Part shown: positions 8,540 through 18,670 of the stretch, piece by piece
How the letters are laid out: each line of letters starts with the position of its first letter
Numbering within the stretch: position 1 is the stretch's first letter
Origin: a virus
Lineage: Duplodnaviria > Caudoviricetes
Length of the DNA: 59,705 nt
Reading direction: 5' to 3' (one strand)
IMG/VR virus record: IMGVR_UViG_3300029319_000047
Coordinates: 1 to 59,705 of that record
Made by a program: the position numbers and the translations under genes
The notes under the pieces: model-generated
Seen by the model: only the letters and a program-made list of their open reading frames with translations
Database searches by the model: none
What the model was told of the DNA's origin: nothing

Positions 8540-10874
8540 GAATATTTTCTAATAGTTTCATTTGCCCCTTAAGAAATTTAGTAAGCGTGCTTTCATTTTG
8601 TTCTTTACCAAGCATGTTAAGGGACTCAATACTCTCAGGAGATATCTTAGTCACAGAACGAGTAGTTGCTTTACCCCCGCTGTAAGATCGCTCCTGATTA
8701 AACGATACAGAAAGACCATCAGGAGTTGTAATTGTACAGGTCATGCCCTTTACTTCTATAGTTGGCTTCTTGCTGGGATCATCAGAACTTTCTCCCTCAC
8801 AAATTTTTTTGAATACCTCATTATGTGGGACAGCGTATGTCTGCCCTGCGTCAGTGGTGATTAGCTGTGTCATGTCTTTAGCGTTCATACCGCAGACCAT
8901 GACTTGACGAATCATGGCGTCTCTTGCAGCTTGGTTTCCTGACTCAATTTCATCTTTATACTTTTTCATTCGAGCTTCTCTGGCAACTAACTCGGCAACC
9001 TTACCCTGCGTAGCCTCATTGCTGAAATCTTGAAAGTCTCCACTACCCTTGAACAAAGCTTTACCTAAAGCAGATCCTCTAAGTGCATTGTACCCCAGCA
9101 ATCCTTTCACTCGATTTCCGATGAGTCTAAGTTTAGACTCGGGATCACTGGCTTTAATCTTGCCATTGGCATCCACATAAGTTTGAGTTTCTGTAAGAGG
9201 AGCTACGGTTCTTTGAATCTCTGCTTCGGTATCCTTCATAAAATCGTTAGCTGCTTGCTGACGATCAGAGCCTGAACCTTTGTACTGGGTATCATCCATT
9301 TTTTTTTGGAATCCCGCTTCTAAGTTATCCCCTGCTTGGATCTCACCTGTGGCAATACCATTCAATCTTTCTATAGAATTAATCTCTCCGAATTTGACTT
9401 TTCCAATTTCTTTAATTCTTTTCTGTCCTACACCTACAATAAACTTCCCCTTGTTTGGTCCTTCTTTTATTCGCTCGGGTTCACCCATAAAAGAGGGTAC
9501 ATCTGCCTCTGTCTCGTATCCCATGTTGGCATCTGCTCTTCCACCTGTACGAACTACTTTTGCTGCGTCTTCCACAAAGGAAGCTCCCGCCTTATTAATA
9601 AACTCTGATTGATAAGACAGTTCTCTAAGTAAAAAGTTTTTAAGTTCATCAGGGTCTTCCGCGATACCTGCCTGTTCCAAGATTACATCTCTATCAAAGG
9701 TCTCGCCAAGATCTAAAGCCACATCAGACTCATCTCTGTAGTCCTGTGCAATCTCAAGTAACTGAACTTTTTTCTTATCTAGTGCAACAGCGATTTCAGC
9801 AAAGGCGGCTCTAGCTTCTTCTTCTGTCTTAGCAGCATTTAATCTAACACCCATTTGGAAAATAGTTTCATTAAAGGTTCCTCTAATGGTGTTAATGGTA
9901 TTTTGCGCTAGGCCACCTTTTGCAACCTCTTGAAACCCTGTGTCATCTATCCCACATTCTTTTTTAGCTTTGTCTACTGCATCATTTTGAAGAGGGTTGG
10001 GGGTAATGGTAACACCTTCGCTAGTATTACCACCAAATACCACCATACGATCCTTGTAAAAACCAATTTTATCTGTGATTGTATCACAGTCACCCTTGCC
10101 ACCTAAGAAATCCATAAGAGCATCGTGGCTTTCTGCTACATCATTGAGCAACCCTGGAGCGATCCCCTCCTTCTCATCAAGCTTTCTGCCTGTTTCAGGA
10201 TCTATGACTAAAGTTCTACCCGCTGCAAGTTTATGTGCAAAACCAGCATTTGATATTCCTGTAAGATAGCGTCCTGGCTCCTTACAATACTTTGGCTGAC
10301 TTGCCTTATCATATTGTTCACACGCTTGTTGAACAGTTTTGATACTATTGTCAATAGAATCTAGAGCAGGACCAATTTCTTTTAAGTTATACTTATATCT
10401 CTCCTCAAAAGCCCCTCCAGGTTTTGCTAGATCTGATAGTCTCTGCTGCTCTGCCTGTTGTTGTTGCGCCTCTAGATTATCTCCAACTTGATCTGATGCA
10501 CTAGGCTCTTCTCCCTTACCACTCATGGCCTTGAACAGCCTTTCCCACATTTTATCGCCAGCGTTATTAGGCTGGCCCTTAGCATTCACTTTTGCTCTGC
10601 TTCCATTTTTATCTAACACAGTAGCTTGACCATCTCGGGGAGATAGCACTGTGACACCACCATCAGCAGATTTTCTATACTTAAAACTTTTTAAACCAGG
10701 ATAATTTGGATCTTCAATGCTCTGCTCATAACCTGGAGTTTCGGGGGCATTACTTAGTATTTTTGTAAGAACACCTTCAGCGTTAGGATCATCCTGCTCA
10801 GAAATATATGTCAGCTTGAACGTCCTCTTTTTTAGCTTACTGTAGCTCTCTAGTAACTCGGAAAGGTAATCCAT
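8508..10874 (-). CDS. Large hypothetical protein, probable virion or internal head protein
   Basis: 788-aa ORF; terminal LLE/ISE/NES segments resemble prohead-protease sites. Confidence 0.7.
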   Translation of the reverse strand: MDYLSELLESYSKLKKRTFKLTYISEQDDPNAEGVLTKILSNAPETPGYEQSIEDPNYPGLKSFKYRKSADGGVTVLSPRDGQATVLDKNGSRAKVNAKGQPNNAGDKMWERLFKAMSGKGEEPSASDQVGDNLEAQQQQAEQQRLSDLAKPGGAFEERYKYNLKEIGPALDSIDNSIKTVQQACEQYDKASQPKYCKEPGRYLTGISNAGFAHKLAAGRTLVIDPETGRKLDEKEGIAPGLLNDVAESHDALMDFLGGKGDCDTITDKIGFYKDRMVVFGGNTSEGVTITPNPLQNDAVDKAKKECGIDDTGFQEVAKGGLAQNTINTIRGTFNETIFQMGVRLNAAKTEEEARAAFAEIAVALDKKKVQLLEIAQDYRDESDVALDLGETFDRDVILEQAGIAEDPDELKNFLLRELSYQSEFINKAGASFVEDAAKVVRTGGRADANMGYETEADVPSFMGEPERIKEGPNKGKFIVGVGQKRIKEIGKVKFGEINSIERLNGIATGEIQAGDNLEAGFQKKMDDTQYKGSGSDRQQAANDFMKDTEAEIQRTVAPLTETQTYVDANGKIKASDPESKLRLIGNRVKGLLGYNALRGSALGKALFKGSGDFQDFSNEATQGKVAELVAREARMKKYKDEIESGNQAARDAMIRQVMVCGMNAKDMTQLITTDAGQTYAVPHNEVFKKICEGESSDDPSKKPTIEVKGMTCTITTPDGLSVSFNQERSYSGGKATTRSVTKISPESIESLNMLGKEQNESTLTKFLKGQMKLLENILNSPKQNHLH

Positions 10875-10877
10875 GAT

Positions 10878-10886
10878 ATATTATAG
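10878..10886 (-). promoter_or_regulatory. Putative promoter CTATAATAT; TATAAT ends 5 nt before the ATG of the 788-aa gene
   Basis: Minus strand gCTATAATATATC-ATG directly after the gp19 terminator; no SD. Confidence 0.45.
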
Positions 10887-10893
10887 CTAAGAG

Positions 10894-10933
10894 AAAAAAG
10901 GCCCAGTCTGAACGTATAAGCAGACTGGGCCTT
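10894..10933 (-). terminator. Rho-independent terminator after tail tube gene
   Basis: Perfect stem aaggcccagtctg/cagactgggcctt, 10-nt loop, followed by a T-tract on the minus strand. Confidence 0.85.
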
Positions 10934-10954
10934 ACCATTTAAATCTCTACTTTA

Positions 10955-11554
10955 TCAAACTCCAGTGGGATTCGAATAGTTATAGACATTGAGGAAATCG
11001 TACTTGAAGGTAACAGTCAACTGATGGAACTGATTAGTTGCGTAGTTAAATTCAGCAGCTTGCCAAGAAATTGGGTAAACACCATAAAGCTCGATGGTCG
11101 AGTGAGGAGTAAGGGTGTTGTCCAGCATTACAACTTCAACCTTGTCAGCCTTAAAAGTATTGCCCGCAGTGCCCCCAGGTTGAGAGCTTTTGGTCATCTC
11201 ACCTGTGAGAGGATCATAGGTATGACGGAAGAAGCGATAAAGATCAGCCGCAGTCTCACGAAGATAAAGATTATCAAAGTCTACAGAAAGCTCGCCAGGA
11301 GTGTTCTTTCCTGGATAGTGAACTCTATCGTTGACACGATCAATTGTCAGAGTTTCGTTCTTCATCTCAATGCCACCAACTCTTTTGGCTGCTAGAGTAA
11401 GATCTACTTGGTTCGTGACATCCTCTGGAAGACCAAAGAAGTGAATCTCAAACTGATATGCTCTAACCGAATCAAGATCAGTGGAAATAGTAGGCAGTCC
11501 CTGACCTGGGGTAAAGTCTCTACCGTATTTATTCTTGTAATATGATGTTGCCAT
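10955..11554 (-). CDS. gp19: Tail tube protein (gp19-like)
   Basis: HYPGK, IELYGVYPISWQAAEFNY, LTVTFKYD; directly follows sheath gene. Confidence 0.9.
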   Translation of the reverse strand: MATSYYKNKYGRDFTPGQGLPTISTDLDSVRAYQFEIHFFGLPEDVTNQVDLTLAAKRVGGIEMKNETLTIDRVNDRVHYPGKNTPGELSVDFDNLYLRETAADLYRFFRHTYDPLTGEMTKSSQPGGTAGNTFKADKVEVVMLDNTLTPHSTIELYGVYPISWQAAEFNYATNQFHQLTVTFKYDFLNVYNYSNPTGV

Positions 11555-11565
11555 TAATTATCTCC

Positions 11566-13773
11566 TTATAGGCTTCCTAACTGAGCCGACTGGTTAGTCA
11601 GGTTAATTTCAAAGATGAGGATCTCAGCAGTCTTGGTTGGCTTGATAAGAACCTTAGTCCAGAGTTCATTACGATCAACTCTGATTGGTGTGTTTACTGT
11701 CTCATCACAGATGACACGGAACTCGGTGATGCCCCTGCGTCTGCGGATGTCATCAAGGAATGGGTTGAGAACACCTTCGATTTGTGCGTAAGTAAATTCA
11801 TCGTTAGGTTCAAAGACAAATCTTTGAGTTGAAAGAAGAATTACTTTTCTAATAGCAATCATGAGCCTACGAACATTGATTCTATCAAGAGCCGTGGGAG
11901 CACGCTGAGTAGTTCTTTGCCCGAAGATTGTGATGCCTTGTTGTGGGAAGTTAACAATTGGGTTGATAACATTACCGCCACTATAGAGGCTATCTCTGTC
12001 GCCCTGATTTAGCTTGACCTCAACTTCAGTTGGCTTTGTAAGGCGACCTCTACGGAAACCAGCAGGAGCGAACCAGCTATCTGCAACTGCGTCAGTGAAG
12101 GCCATTTGTCTTGCACCAAAGATAGTGGGATCTAGGAAGCGATCTTTACCATCAAAGACTGAGAAGATCTTAACATGAGGCCAGTAGACAGCGGCGTAAG
12201 AACTGTTAAGTGCGGCAGTTCTTGAGTTTGCTGTAGAGGACGACTTGCCATTGGTCCAGTCAATCGCAGCCTGAACATTACCAATTGCAAGAGGTGGAGC
12301 CAGCAGGGCTAAGAAGTTTTGGGTTCTCTCAGCTAAGGTCACTAACTCATTCTGAACACTTTGAGTGTAGATTCCAGGAATAAGTGCTATACCGATGTTA
12401 AGAAGAGGATCATCTAGAGCTTGCATGCCAGTTTTTGGATCTTGACTGGCATCCCCGATTAGAGCGGTGGCTTGATCACTGTCATCACCATTTGTGCCAC
12501 CAGTAAGATTAGTTGCTGCGGCTTGAAGAAGTTTTACAAATCGACCACCAGAATCTGTTACAGGAGTTTCTACAGTTGCAGTTCCTACACCATCGGTCTC
12601 TGTCCCAGTGGGGAGTAAAGTTCTAGTTGTAGCATTAAAACCTGTTGCTCCAAAAAGAGTTTGAGCAACATCAATAAATCTGTTTAGCTTTGACGCTGTG
12701 GCATCAGCACCATCTTTTCTAAGGTTACCTTTGATAATTTCTGATGTGGCGTTTGTTTCTCCAGTATTAATTACGTCTTCTAAGAAAACACCAGAGCCGA
12801 GGAAGTTAGCTTTAAATGTTTCTTCAGCCACACCATCTTGATTTACAACAACACTAAAGTTTTGTGATCCAAGACCATTAATTGTAACACTGTTACCGCT
12901 AGCGTCCCCGTTAGTTTTAGTTCCACCATTATATCCAGTTCCTGGATGAATACTTTCTACTAAGTAGCTACAACTATTAGTGCCAGTAGATTCGAATGAA
13001 GTTCCGAAAGCTCTAACTGCGGAAGCATAGTTTCCTGAAACACCAAAGCTTGTTAGTGAACTTGGACCATAAGAAAGCCTAAGAGCAGAAACTCCAAAGG
13101 CAGGATTAAAAGTGGTGCCAGAACATGCAGATACACCAATAGAGGCACCAGATCCAGCGAAGGAACCCACAATGGCTCCTGAGAGTCCTAAGCTTCCATT
13201 TGTTATGGAGTCATCATCAAAAATTCCTACTTTATCAGCATCTAAACTTCCTCCAACAATATTTCTTAAAGCTAGAGCCTGGGTATTAGCAGTGCCTTTG
13301 ATAATCGTGAAGTCTTTTCCTGCTCCACTATTTTGAGTAAATTGTGCAACACCATTATTATCAAAAGCTTGAATTCTTAAAGTTAAGGAAGAAGCCCCAG
13401 TTCCTGTTCCGCCAAAGCAGTTAGCAGCATCAGTTCTACTTGCTGGTCCTGAAACAATGATCGCAGGGCAAAGACCCACTGACATTGTGGCAGAGGCATC
13501 AGTGGCGGCATCATTAGCGGCTCTCACAAAGAAAAGAGAATTTGTAGTTTCAAGAATCTCAAGACTTCCTTCAAGCGCCTGACCAGTTATATCCTCACTA
13601 GGAAAACCAAAAGTTTTAACAAGATTATTTTGATCAGTGATCAAAGTAGCTTTGTTAACTGGGCCTTTTGAAGCAAAACCAACAATACCTACGATTGATG
13701 TGTTAATCGAAGGAGCGAAATCTGATATGTCTTTTTCAATGGTGTAAACACCAGGGCTCACATAATTAGGCAT
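11566..13773 (-). CDS. gp18: Tail sheath protein
   Basis: SPGVYTIEKD N-terminus, SSYAAVYWP, WFAPAG, FGQRT, RINVRRL, FEPND. Confidence 0.97.
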   Translation of the reverse strand: MPNYVSPGVYTIEKDISDFAPSINTSIVGIVGFASKGPVNKATLITDQNNLVKTFGFPSEDITGQALEGSLEILETTNSLFFVRAANDAATDASATMSVGLCPAIIVSGPASRTDAANCFGGTGTGASSLTLRIQAFDNNGVAQFTQNSGAGKDFTIIKGTANTQALALRNIVGGSLDADKVGIFDDDSITNGSLGLSGAIVGSFAGSGASIGVSACSGTTFNPAFGVSALRLSYGPSSLTSFGVSGNYASAVRAFGTSFESTGTNSCSYLVESIHPGTGYNGGTKTNGDASGNSVTINGLGSQNFSVVVNQDGVAEETFKANFLGSGVFLEDVINTGETNATSEIIKGNLRKDGADATASKLNRFIDVAQTLFGATGFNATTRTLLPTGTETDGVGTATVETPVTDSGGRFVKLLQAAATNLTGGTNGDDSDQATALIGDASQDPKTGMQALDDPLLNIGIALIPGIYTQSVQNELVTLAERTQNFLALLAPPLAIGNVQAAIDWTNGKSSSTANSRTAALNSSYAAVYWPHVKIFSVFDGKDRFLDPTIFGARQMAFTDAVADSWFAPAGFRRGRLTKPTEVEVKLNQGDRDSLYSGGNVINPIVNFPQQGITIFGQRTTQRAPTALDRINVRRLMIAIRKVILLSTQRFVFEPNDEFTYAQIEGVLNPFLDDIRRRRGITEFRVICDETVNTPIRVDRNELWTKVLIKPTKTAEILIFEINLTNQSAQLGSL

Positions 13774-13783
13774 AACTTAATCC

Positions 13784-13960
13784 TCAAGCGTTAGAGATTT
13801 TAAAAATTCTGCGTCTGTGCAGAGTTTTAATTTGTTCTGTAATGTAAGTCTCAGGAACAACAATTGATTCCCCAGGCTTCATGTATTTTTCTAAACACCC
13901 CGTTTCAGTGTTAAAAAAGACAACGATGGTTTGCATACAGTCATTCTTAACTATTTTCAT
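13784..13960 (-). CDS. Small hypothetical protein
   Basis: Start placed at ATG 13960 (MKIVKND), preceded by SD GAGAGGA. Confidence 0.65.
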   Translation of the reverse strand: MKIVKNDCMQTIVVFFNTETGCLEKYMKPGESIVVPETYITEQIKTLHRRRIFKISNA

Positions 13961-13971
13961 AACAAATCCTC

Positions 13972-13984
13972 TCAATACTATGTA
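13972..13984 (-). promoter_or_regulatory. Candidate late promoter TACATA-GTAT-TGA upstream of the sheath/tube genes
   Basis: Imperfect match to the TANATA-N3-4-TAG motif seen before other structural operons. Confidence 0.35.
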
Positions 13985-14015
13985 CTATACCTTGATACTA
14001 CTTTGTGAAACTTTT

Positions 14016-14831
14016 TTATCCACAAGCGTTAGAAACTCGCACTCTAATTGTAGCTATAGAGTTTTGTTCATCAGGCTCAGTAACTGTTTGATAAATATCA
14101 GGATAAACACCAAATACATAGTCTCCAATATCCGCTCTATAAACTTCTGGGAACACAAAAGTTCCAGAAAAAGTTTGTCCAACTAGTAATGAAGGTACAT
14201 CTGCGGTAGCCACTAACACAGCATCAGGATATGTTTCTGCTGCTTGAATAGTTAGAATAGCTTGAGTTGGAGCGTTGGCTGTGTCAGTAAATCTCCAGAA
14301 ACCCACAGTCTGTGGTTGGCTTGTATCTGTTCCCGTATTTTTTATCTCATAAGAATAGGTCAGATTAGGTGGTGATGGTCTACTTGAATATATTGAATTT
14401 GGGTCAGCACAATTATAAAATGCGTTTTGCATATTTGTAGGGGGATATATGCCTGTCCCTGAGCAAAATAGTTCAATTATGCCATTTCCATAGTTTGTGG
14501 TAAACTGTGTAGTAATAATATCTGGCCGAGGTGCAAACCCTGTACTAGCAGAATCACCTGCAAATCCTGTTCCTACAAAAACTTTTTGTTGAGTTGAGGT
14601 AGTTCTGGCACTAGAGTGTGGGGATTTACCATGAGAGGCTATGGCATCCCCAACTAAGGAAACTTTAATATTTTCTACAAAAACATTCTGAGACCCTGGG
14701 CCAATAATGAGTCCACCAGCGGTATCTACTTCTACCCTAGAAACACCGTTGCCTTGAACGAATACTCTACTGCTCCCTGTCTGCACATGTCCACATGATG
14801 CAGGTGCACTTTTATGAGATACTAAAGGCAT
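14016..14831 (-). CDS. PAAR-type spike tip protein (gp5.4-like) with C-terminal CARDB/Ig-like domain
   Basis: CGH...GSSRVFVQG...GSQNVFVEN..VSLVGD...HG..PH...KVFVG; C-terminal YEIKNTG...GDYVFGVYPD...VTEPDEQN. Confidence 0.8.
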   Translation of the reverse strand: MPLVSHKSAPASCGHVQTGSSRVFVQGNGVSRVEVDTAGGLIIGPGSQNVFVENIKVSLVGDAIASHGKSPHSSARTTSTQQKVFVGTGFAGDSASTGFAPRPDIITTQFTTNYGNGIIELFCSGTGIYPPTNMQNAFYNCADPNSIYSSRPSPPNLTYSYEIKNTGTDTSQPQTVGFWRFTDTANAPTQAILTIQAAETYPDAVLVATADVPSLLVGQTFSGTFVFPEVYRADIGDYVFGVYPDIYQTVTEPDEQNSIATIRVRVSNACG

Positions 14832-16978
14832 TATGTAATCTCAATATTAAATTCTTCAATCTCGCCTGTAGAAGTGACGAGAAACTTAGGACTTGGTATG
14901 TAAGTTCTTAAAACTACATTAAGAGTCTTTTTAATAACTCTATCCTCTTTATCATTAGCAGTCATTGAACCTGCTGCCTCCTCAGATTCCAAGAAGGCTT
15001 TTGCTAATGTTGAATACTCTGTGGGGACATTCATCTCTGGATTAAATTTGAGTCTAATTTGTTCAAGAATTTGATCCATATCTGCCATATACTTAGTATA
15101 AACATTAACCTGGTAGCTAATATTTACGGGTCTGGGAGATAAACTTAAAACTCTAACGGCTCTATGTTTTTCTTTATCGAAAAATTTTTCATGAACTAAT
15201 ACACTCTCATAACGTCTGCGCTCATCATCATTATTAGATATTGTTTGTGACACAGAAATTATTGGAAGAATAATATTATTTTCTTGTTTAAGTTTAGCAA
15301 TTGCACGTTCTGCGTTACCATGAATACATTTTATCTCTACAAAATCATCTTCTGAGTTAAAGTAACCAATATCATTAAAGGATGCGATCATGGATCGGAG
15401 AGATTCCTTGTAGATGAAGGAAATATTAGACTTAGCTTGAGTCATCTTGAAGATCTTAGCTCTAACATCACCTTCTCTAGTGGGCCATCTACGACTTCGA
15501 CTCTCTAACGATGATCCATCCCAAGTTGTATTTAAAGCTGAAGCATTCTCTACAAAACCAACGGTCGCTCCCGATTTAGATTTACCACCAAAACCGCCAG
15601 TTAGAGGGTCACTAGGGCTGGGAGCAGGAGGATCACTGACCGCTTGACTGACGACTGGAGCAGACGTATCAAAAACAAAAGTGATTCCTGACGTTGTTCC
15701 AAAATCATTTGTCAGATCCACTCTCCAATAGTATTCTTGTGAGTTATCGAGAGATGTTTCTAGAGTTACTGGTGGCGCTGTAGTTGCAACTATATTAGAG
15801 TCGGTTAAAGTAGAAGAAGTTCCTAGTAATACTTTTCTACTAGTAATTTTTTGATCAGGCTCAGACCAGCTAAGAGTTGTATTAACATCTACATTCTCTG
15901 CTCCATTTGCAGGAAAGGGGTTAGTAACAAGTCCAGGAACCTCAGTTGAAATAGTTTGTGCAAAAGCTCCAGGCTGGGTTGTTGGCCCACTTCTAGCAAA
16001 GCCTTCAATACCACTCGCTGGCACGTTAGAGTCTACACTAGGCCCTACGCCTTGATTAAGAGCAGTATTGCTTTTACTATCAAGTAATTGGCCCGTTGAA
16101 CCACTGAAAATAGAAAAACTTCCATCCCCAGGATTGGCACTGGTTGTTGGCTGAAGAACTATACCGATGCCCCCTCCAAGTGAACTAAAACTGTAAGAAC
16201 TGTTACTGGCCGCAGAGTTGCCTACATTATTCCTAGAACCAGTGATATCAACACCACCACCTGTGATATTAGCATCATCGCTTGCATTTTGTGCTAGGTT
16301 AATACAATTGATAATCTTGAATGAAGCATCAGGCATACCGCCAGTTAAAGCCCAGTTCCAAACTTGGTTTGTTGAACTTCCACTATTTAGATGGGTGCAG
16401 TTTACAAAAAGAATATGCGCCCCTTTTGTATGACTACCTCCTGAAATAAATTGAGACGTAGAAACAACAGAGCTTGTTACAACATTTCGAACTGTAATTG
16501 GTTCCGCACTCGTTCCAAGTGCATTATCTTTACCAAATTTTTGGCACTTAATTGCTGTTGTGTCCGCAGTTAGTTTTGCGTTCTGAATAATTGTTCCTGC
16601 TTGATCTGTGCCATAACCACTATCTGCACGAATTTGATAACAAGTGCCAGATTCCGCATTTAAATCAATACCATCCCAGGTAGTGTATGGATTAAAAATT
16701 CTAATCGCATTACCTGTTCCAGTATATTTATAAATTGGTTGTCCACTTGCGGCAGTGTACGATACATTTCTTGTGGCATCTGTGGTCAGTGATGTGCTTT
16801 GAATACTAAATACGCCAGCATTTGTGAAAGTTTCTGGGTCAACTTTAAAGACAATAGCTTCGTCATTTGCAACAAGATCGGCTGAAGTGCCGATAGTTTC
16901 AGTGGCAGCTTCTGCCAGTTGAAAAGTTGCAAAATCTCGCCCACTAGAGCCAATCGTTCTTGTAATAACTGTAACCAC
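14831..16978 (-). CDS. gp15: Tail completion/sheath terminator (gp15-like, C-terminal ~210 aa) fused to a large N-terminal beta-rich region
   Basis: C-terminal IILPIISV...PRPVNISYQVNVYTKYMADMDQILEQIRLKFNP; position after gp13/gp14; N-terminus beta-helix-like plus Ig/FN3-like (YYWRVD). Confidence 0.75.
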   Translation of the reverse strand: MVTVITRTIGSSGRDFATFQLAEAATETIGTSADLVANDEAIVFKVDPETFTNAGVFSIQSTSLTTDATRNVSYTAASGQPIYKYTGTGNAIRIFNPYTTWDGIDLNAESGTCYQIRADSGYGTDQAGTIIQNAKLTADTTAIKCQKFGKDNALGTSAEPITVRNVVTSSVVSTSQFISGGSHTKGAHILFVNCTHLNSGSSTNQVWNWALTGGMPDASFKIINCINLAQNASDDANITGGGVDITGSRNNVGNSAASNSSYSFSSLGGGIGIVLQPTTSANPGDGSFSIFSGSTGQLLDSKSNTALNQGVGPSVDSNVPASGIEGFARSGPTTQPGAFAQTISTEVPGLVTNPFPANGAENVDVNTTLSWSEPDQKITSRKVLLGTSSTLTDSNIVATTAPPVTLETSLDNSQEYYWRVDLTNDFGTTSGITFVFDTSAPVVSQAVSDPPAPSPSDPLTGGFGGKSKSGATVGFVENASALNTTWDGSSLESRSRRWPTREGDVRAKIFKMTQAKSNISFIYKESLRSMIASFNDIGYFNSEDDFVEIKCIHGNAERAIAKLKQENNIILPIISVSQTISNNDDERRRYESVLVHEKFFDKEKHRAVRVLSLSPRPVNISYQVNVYTKYMADMDQILEQIRLKFNPEMNVPTEYSTLAKAFLESEEAAGSMTANDKEDRVIKKTLNVVLRTYIPSPKFLVTSTGEIEEFNIEIT

Positions 16979-16981
16979 GAT

Positions 16982-17323
16982 TTATGCCTCCCTGTCGATC
17001 GTAAGCGCCTGAATTTCAGACCATGTTTTTTCGATCCCCGCAGCCGCCGCTTGATCTTCAGGCACCCAAGTTTCAAACTCTGATCCTGTTAGCGTAACTT
17101 GATAGCGCCTCTTTAAAAGTAGTTCGCTAGGGGAATCCATCAGAGCCAGAACCTCTGGATCATCATGATTCTTATCGGTGATGTAACAGAATAAAAAACC
17201 ACTATCGGTGGGTGTAACAGATGATCCAGGATTTTGACCACCATCAAGCACTTGGATAACATCGTTATCTTCGTAGGTTAACCCACCACTTGGTTTAGCT
17301 GTGATAATAAGTGCGTGTGCCAT
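16982..17323 (-). CDS. Hypothetical protein
   Basis: 113-aa ORF tightly packed between gp14 and the gp15 fusion. Confidence 0.75.
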   Translation of the reverse strand: MAHALIITAKPSGGLTYEDNDVIQVLDGGQNPGSSVTPTDSGFLFCYITDKNHDDPEVLALMDSPSELLLKRRYQVTLTGSEFETWVPEDQAAAAGIEKTWSEIQALTIDREA

Positions 17324-17324
17324 G

Positions 17325-17894
17325 TTAGTCTATACCTGCGTAGCCCCCAACATCATCGCTGACCCTGGTAAGTGGGGTGTCCTGAATATCATCAGAATCG
17401 CGGAGGAGTTTAGCAGAGCATACTAAATGGTAAACACCATACGCTTCGAAGCTATCCTCAACCACTTCGAAGATTTCGTACTTCTGCTCCTGGAACATGG
17501 GCTTGATCACATCGCCAGGAATGACAGGGCGACCAAGCTTTCTTTCAATATAGCTTTTATTGAAAGTAAATAGTTGATCGTTAGTAAGCTCAATGCCAAA
17601 CTGAGTAAGCTCCTCACTCATAGCTACGGGATCGTAGTGACCATGAACCGTGATGGGAGTTTTCGATATGGGCTTGTTACGAGACTCCATATACACTTCA
17701 TCGTACTCGTCAGTTTGGTAGTATTTGTAGAATAAAAACTTAGAGCCAGCAAGGCGAATCATCTCATCATCTACAAGGTTGAACAGATTGATGTCAGGGT
17801 TATCCTGATCAAATAGGTTCAGAAGCCCCTCACCCCCATCCAGATCAGGAAGTTCGGGAAGCTTCGTAGTTACCTTGTAGTTTTTGTTTTTCAT
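17325..17894 (-). CDS. gp14: Neck protein (gp14-like)
   Basis: DEMIRLAG, DEVYME, LTQFGIEL, PGDVI, YEIFEV; order gp13-x-gp14-x-gp15. Confidence 0.8.
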   Translation of the reverse strand: MKNKNYKVTTKLPELPDLDGGEGLLNLFDQDNPDINLFNLVDDEMIRLAGSKFLFYKYYQTDEYDEVYMESRNKPISKTPITVHGHYDPVAMSEELTQFGIELTNDQLFTFNKSYIERKLGRPVIPGDVIKPMFQEQKYEIFEVVEDSFEAYGVYHLVCSAKLLRDSDDIQDTPLTRVSDDVGGYAGID

Positions 17895-18670
17895 ACGGGA
17901 CGATCAAGACCTAATTCTCTAGTCTTTTTTCTTTTAGCTGCCATTTCTTCTTTTCCTTTAGACAAAGGCTTAGGTGTATCTAAACCACCAACAGCAGCCA
18001 TGGGGGAAACCCCCTTACCACGCATTACTTTGCCCATTCTATCTGCTCTTCTTTTTGCTGCCTCTTCACCACCGCCAGATACTTCGGCGTGCTTTTTTGG
18101 GCTATAAACCTCAGATAAGACTTTGCCTATTTGCTTGTATACAGTCCAAGATTCCTCCTGCTGCTCTGGCTTCATCTTATCAGTTGCCATTTCTGCTCCT
18201 TTTTTAGCAGCCTTTTTTGCCACACCACCAACAACTTTTTTACCAATAGCTTTTGCGGCCATACCTAGAACAGGAGCAATTTCATCAACACGATAGCCGA
18301 GAGCTTCTGCCATCATGAGGCCCATGCGTTTGTACTCAGTATGGCTTTCATTTTTTTTACCCATGGGAGCAATATTTTGATCAGGGTTTTTGAGAGTCTT
18401 TTTGCCTTTGGGGAGCTTGCTAAGATCCGTTTTTTTGGCACCTGTGAAACCCATGTCAGCTAACATAGATCCTGGTTTTACTCCTCGTTTTTCTTCTTCG
18501 CTAATGCTAAGAACTTTTTCTAGATAACTCATTTTAGATTCCTCTGTTTTTTCTACACCTGAGATGGTGCCTTTATTTTTGGAGGCGTAGAAAACTTTCT
18601 CGCCCTCTTTTTCGCCATACTGCTTACGCATAGCCCGCATGATCTTCTTACCTTTTTGTGATAGTGGCAT
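17891..18670 (-). CDS. Lys-rich putative internal head protein
   Basis: 259 aa, basic and low-complexity, with repeated E-terminated motifs (ISEE, MAEA, LSEV). Confidence 0.65.
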   Translation of the reverse strand: MPLSQKGKKIMRAMRKQYGEKEGEKVFYASKNKGTISGVEKTEESKMSYLEKVLSISEEEKRGVKPGSMLADMGFTGAKKTDLSKLPKGKKTLKNPDQNIAPMGKKNESHTEYKRMGLMMAEALGYRVDEIAPVLGMAAKAIGKKVVGGVAKKAAKKGAEMATDKMKPEQQEESWTVYKQIGKVLSEVYSPKKHAEVSGGGEEAAKRRADRMGKVMRGKGVSPMAAVGGLDTPKPLSKGKEEMAAKRKKTRELGLDRPV

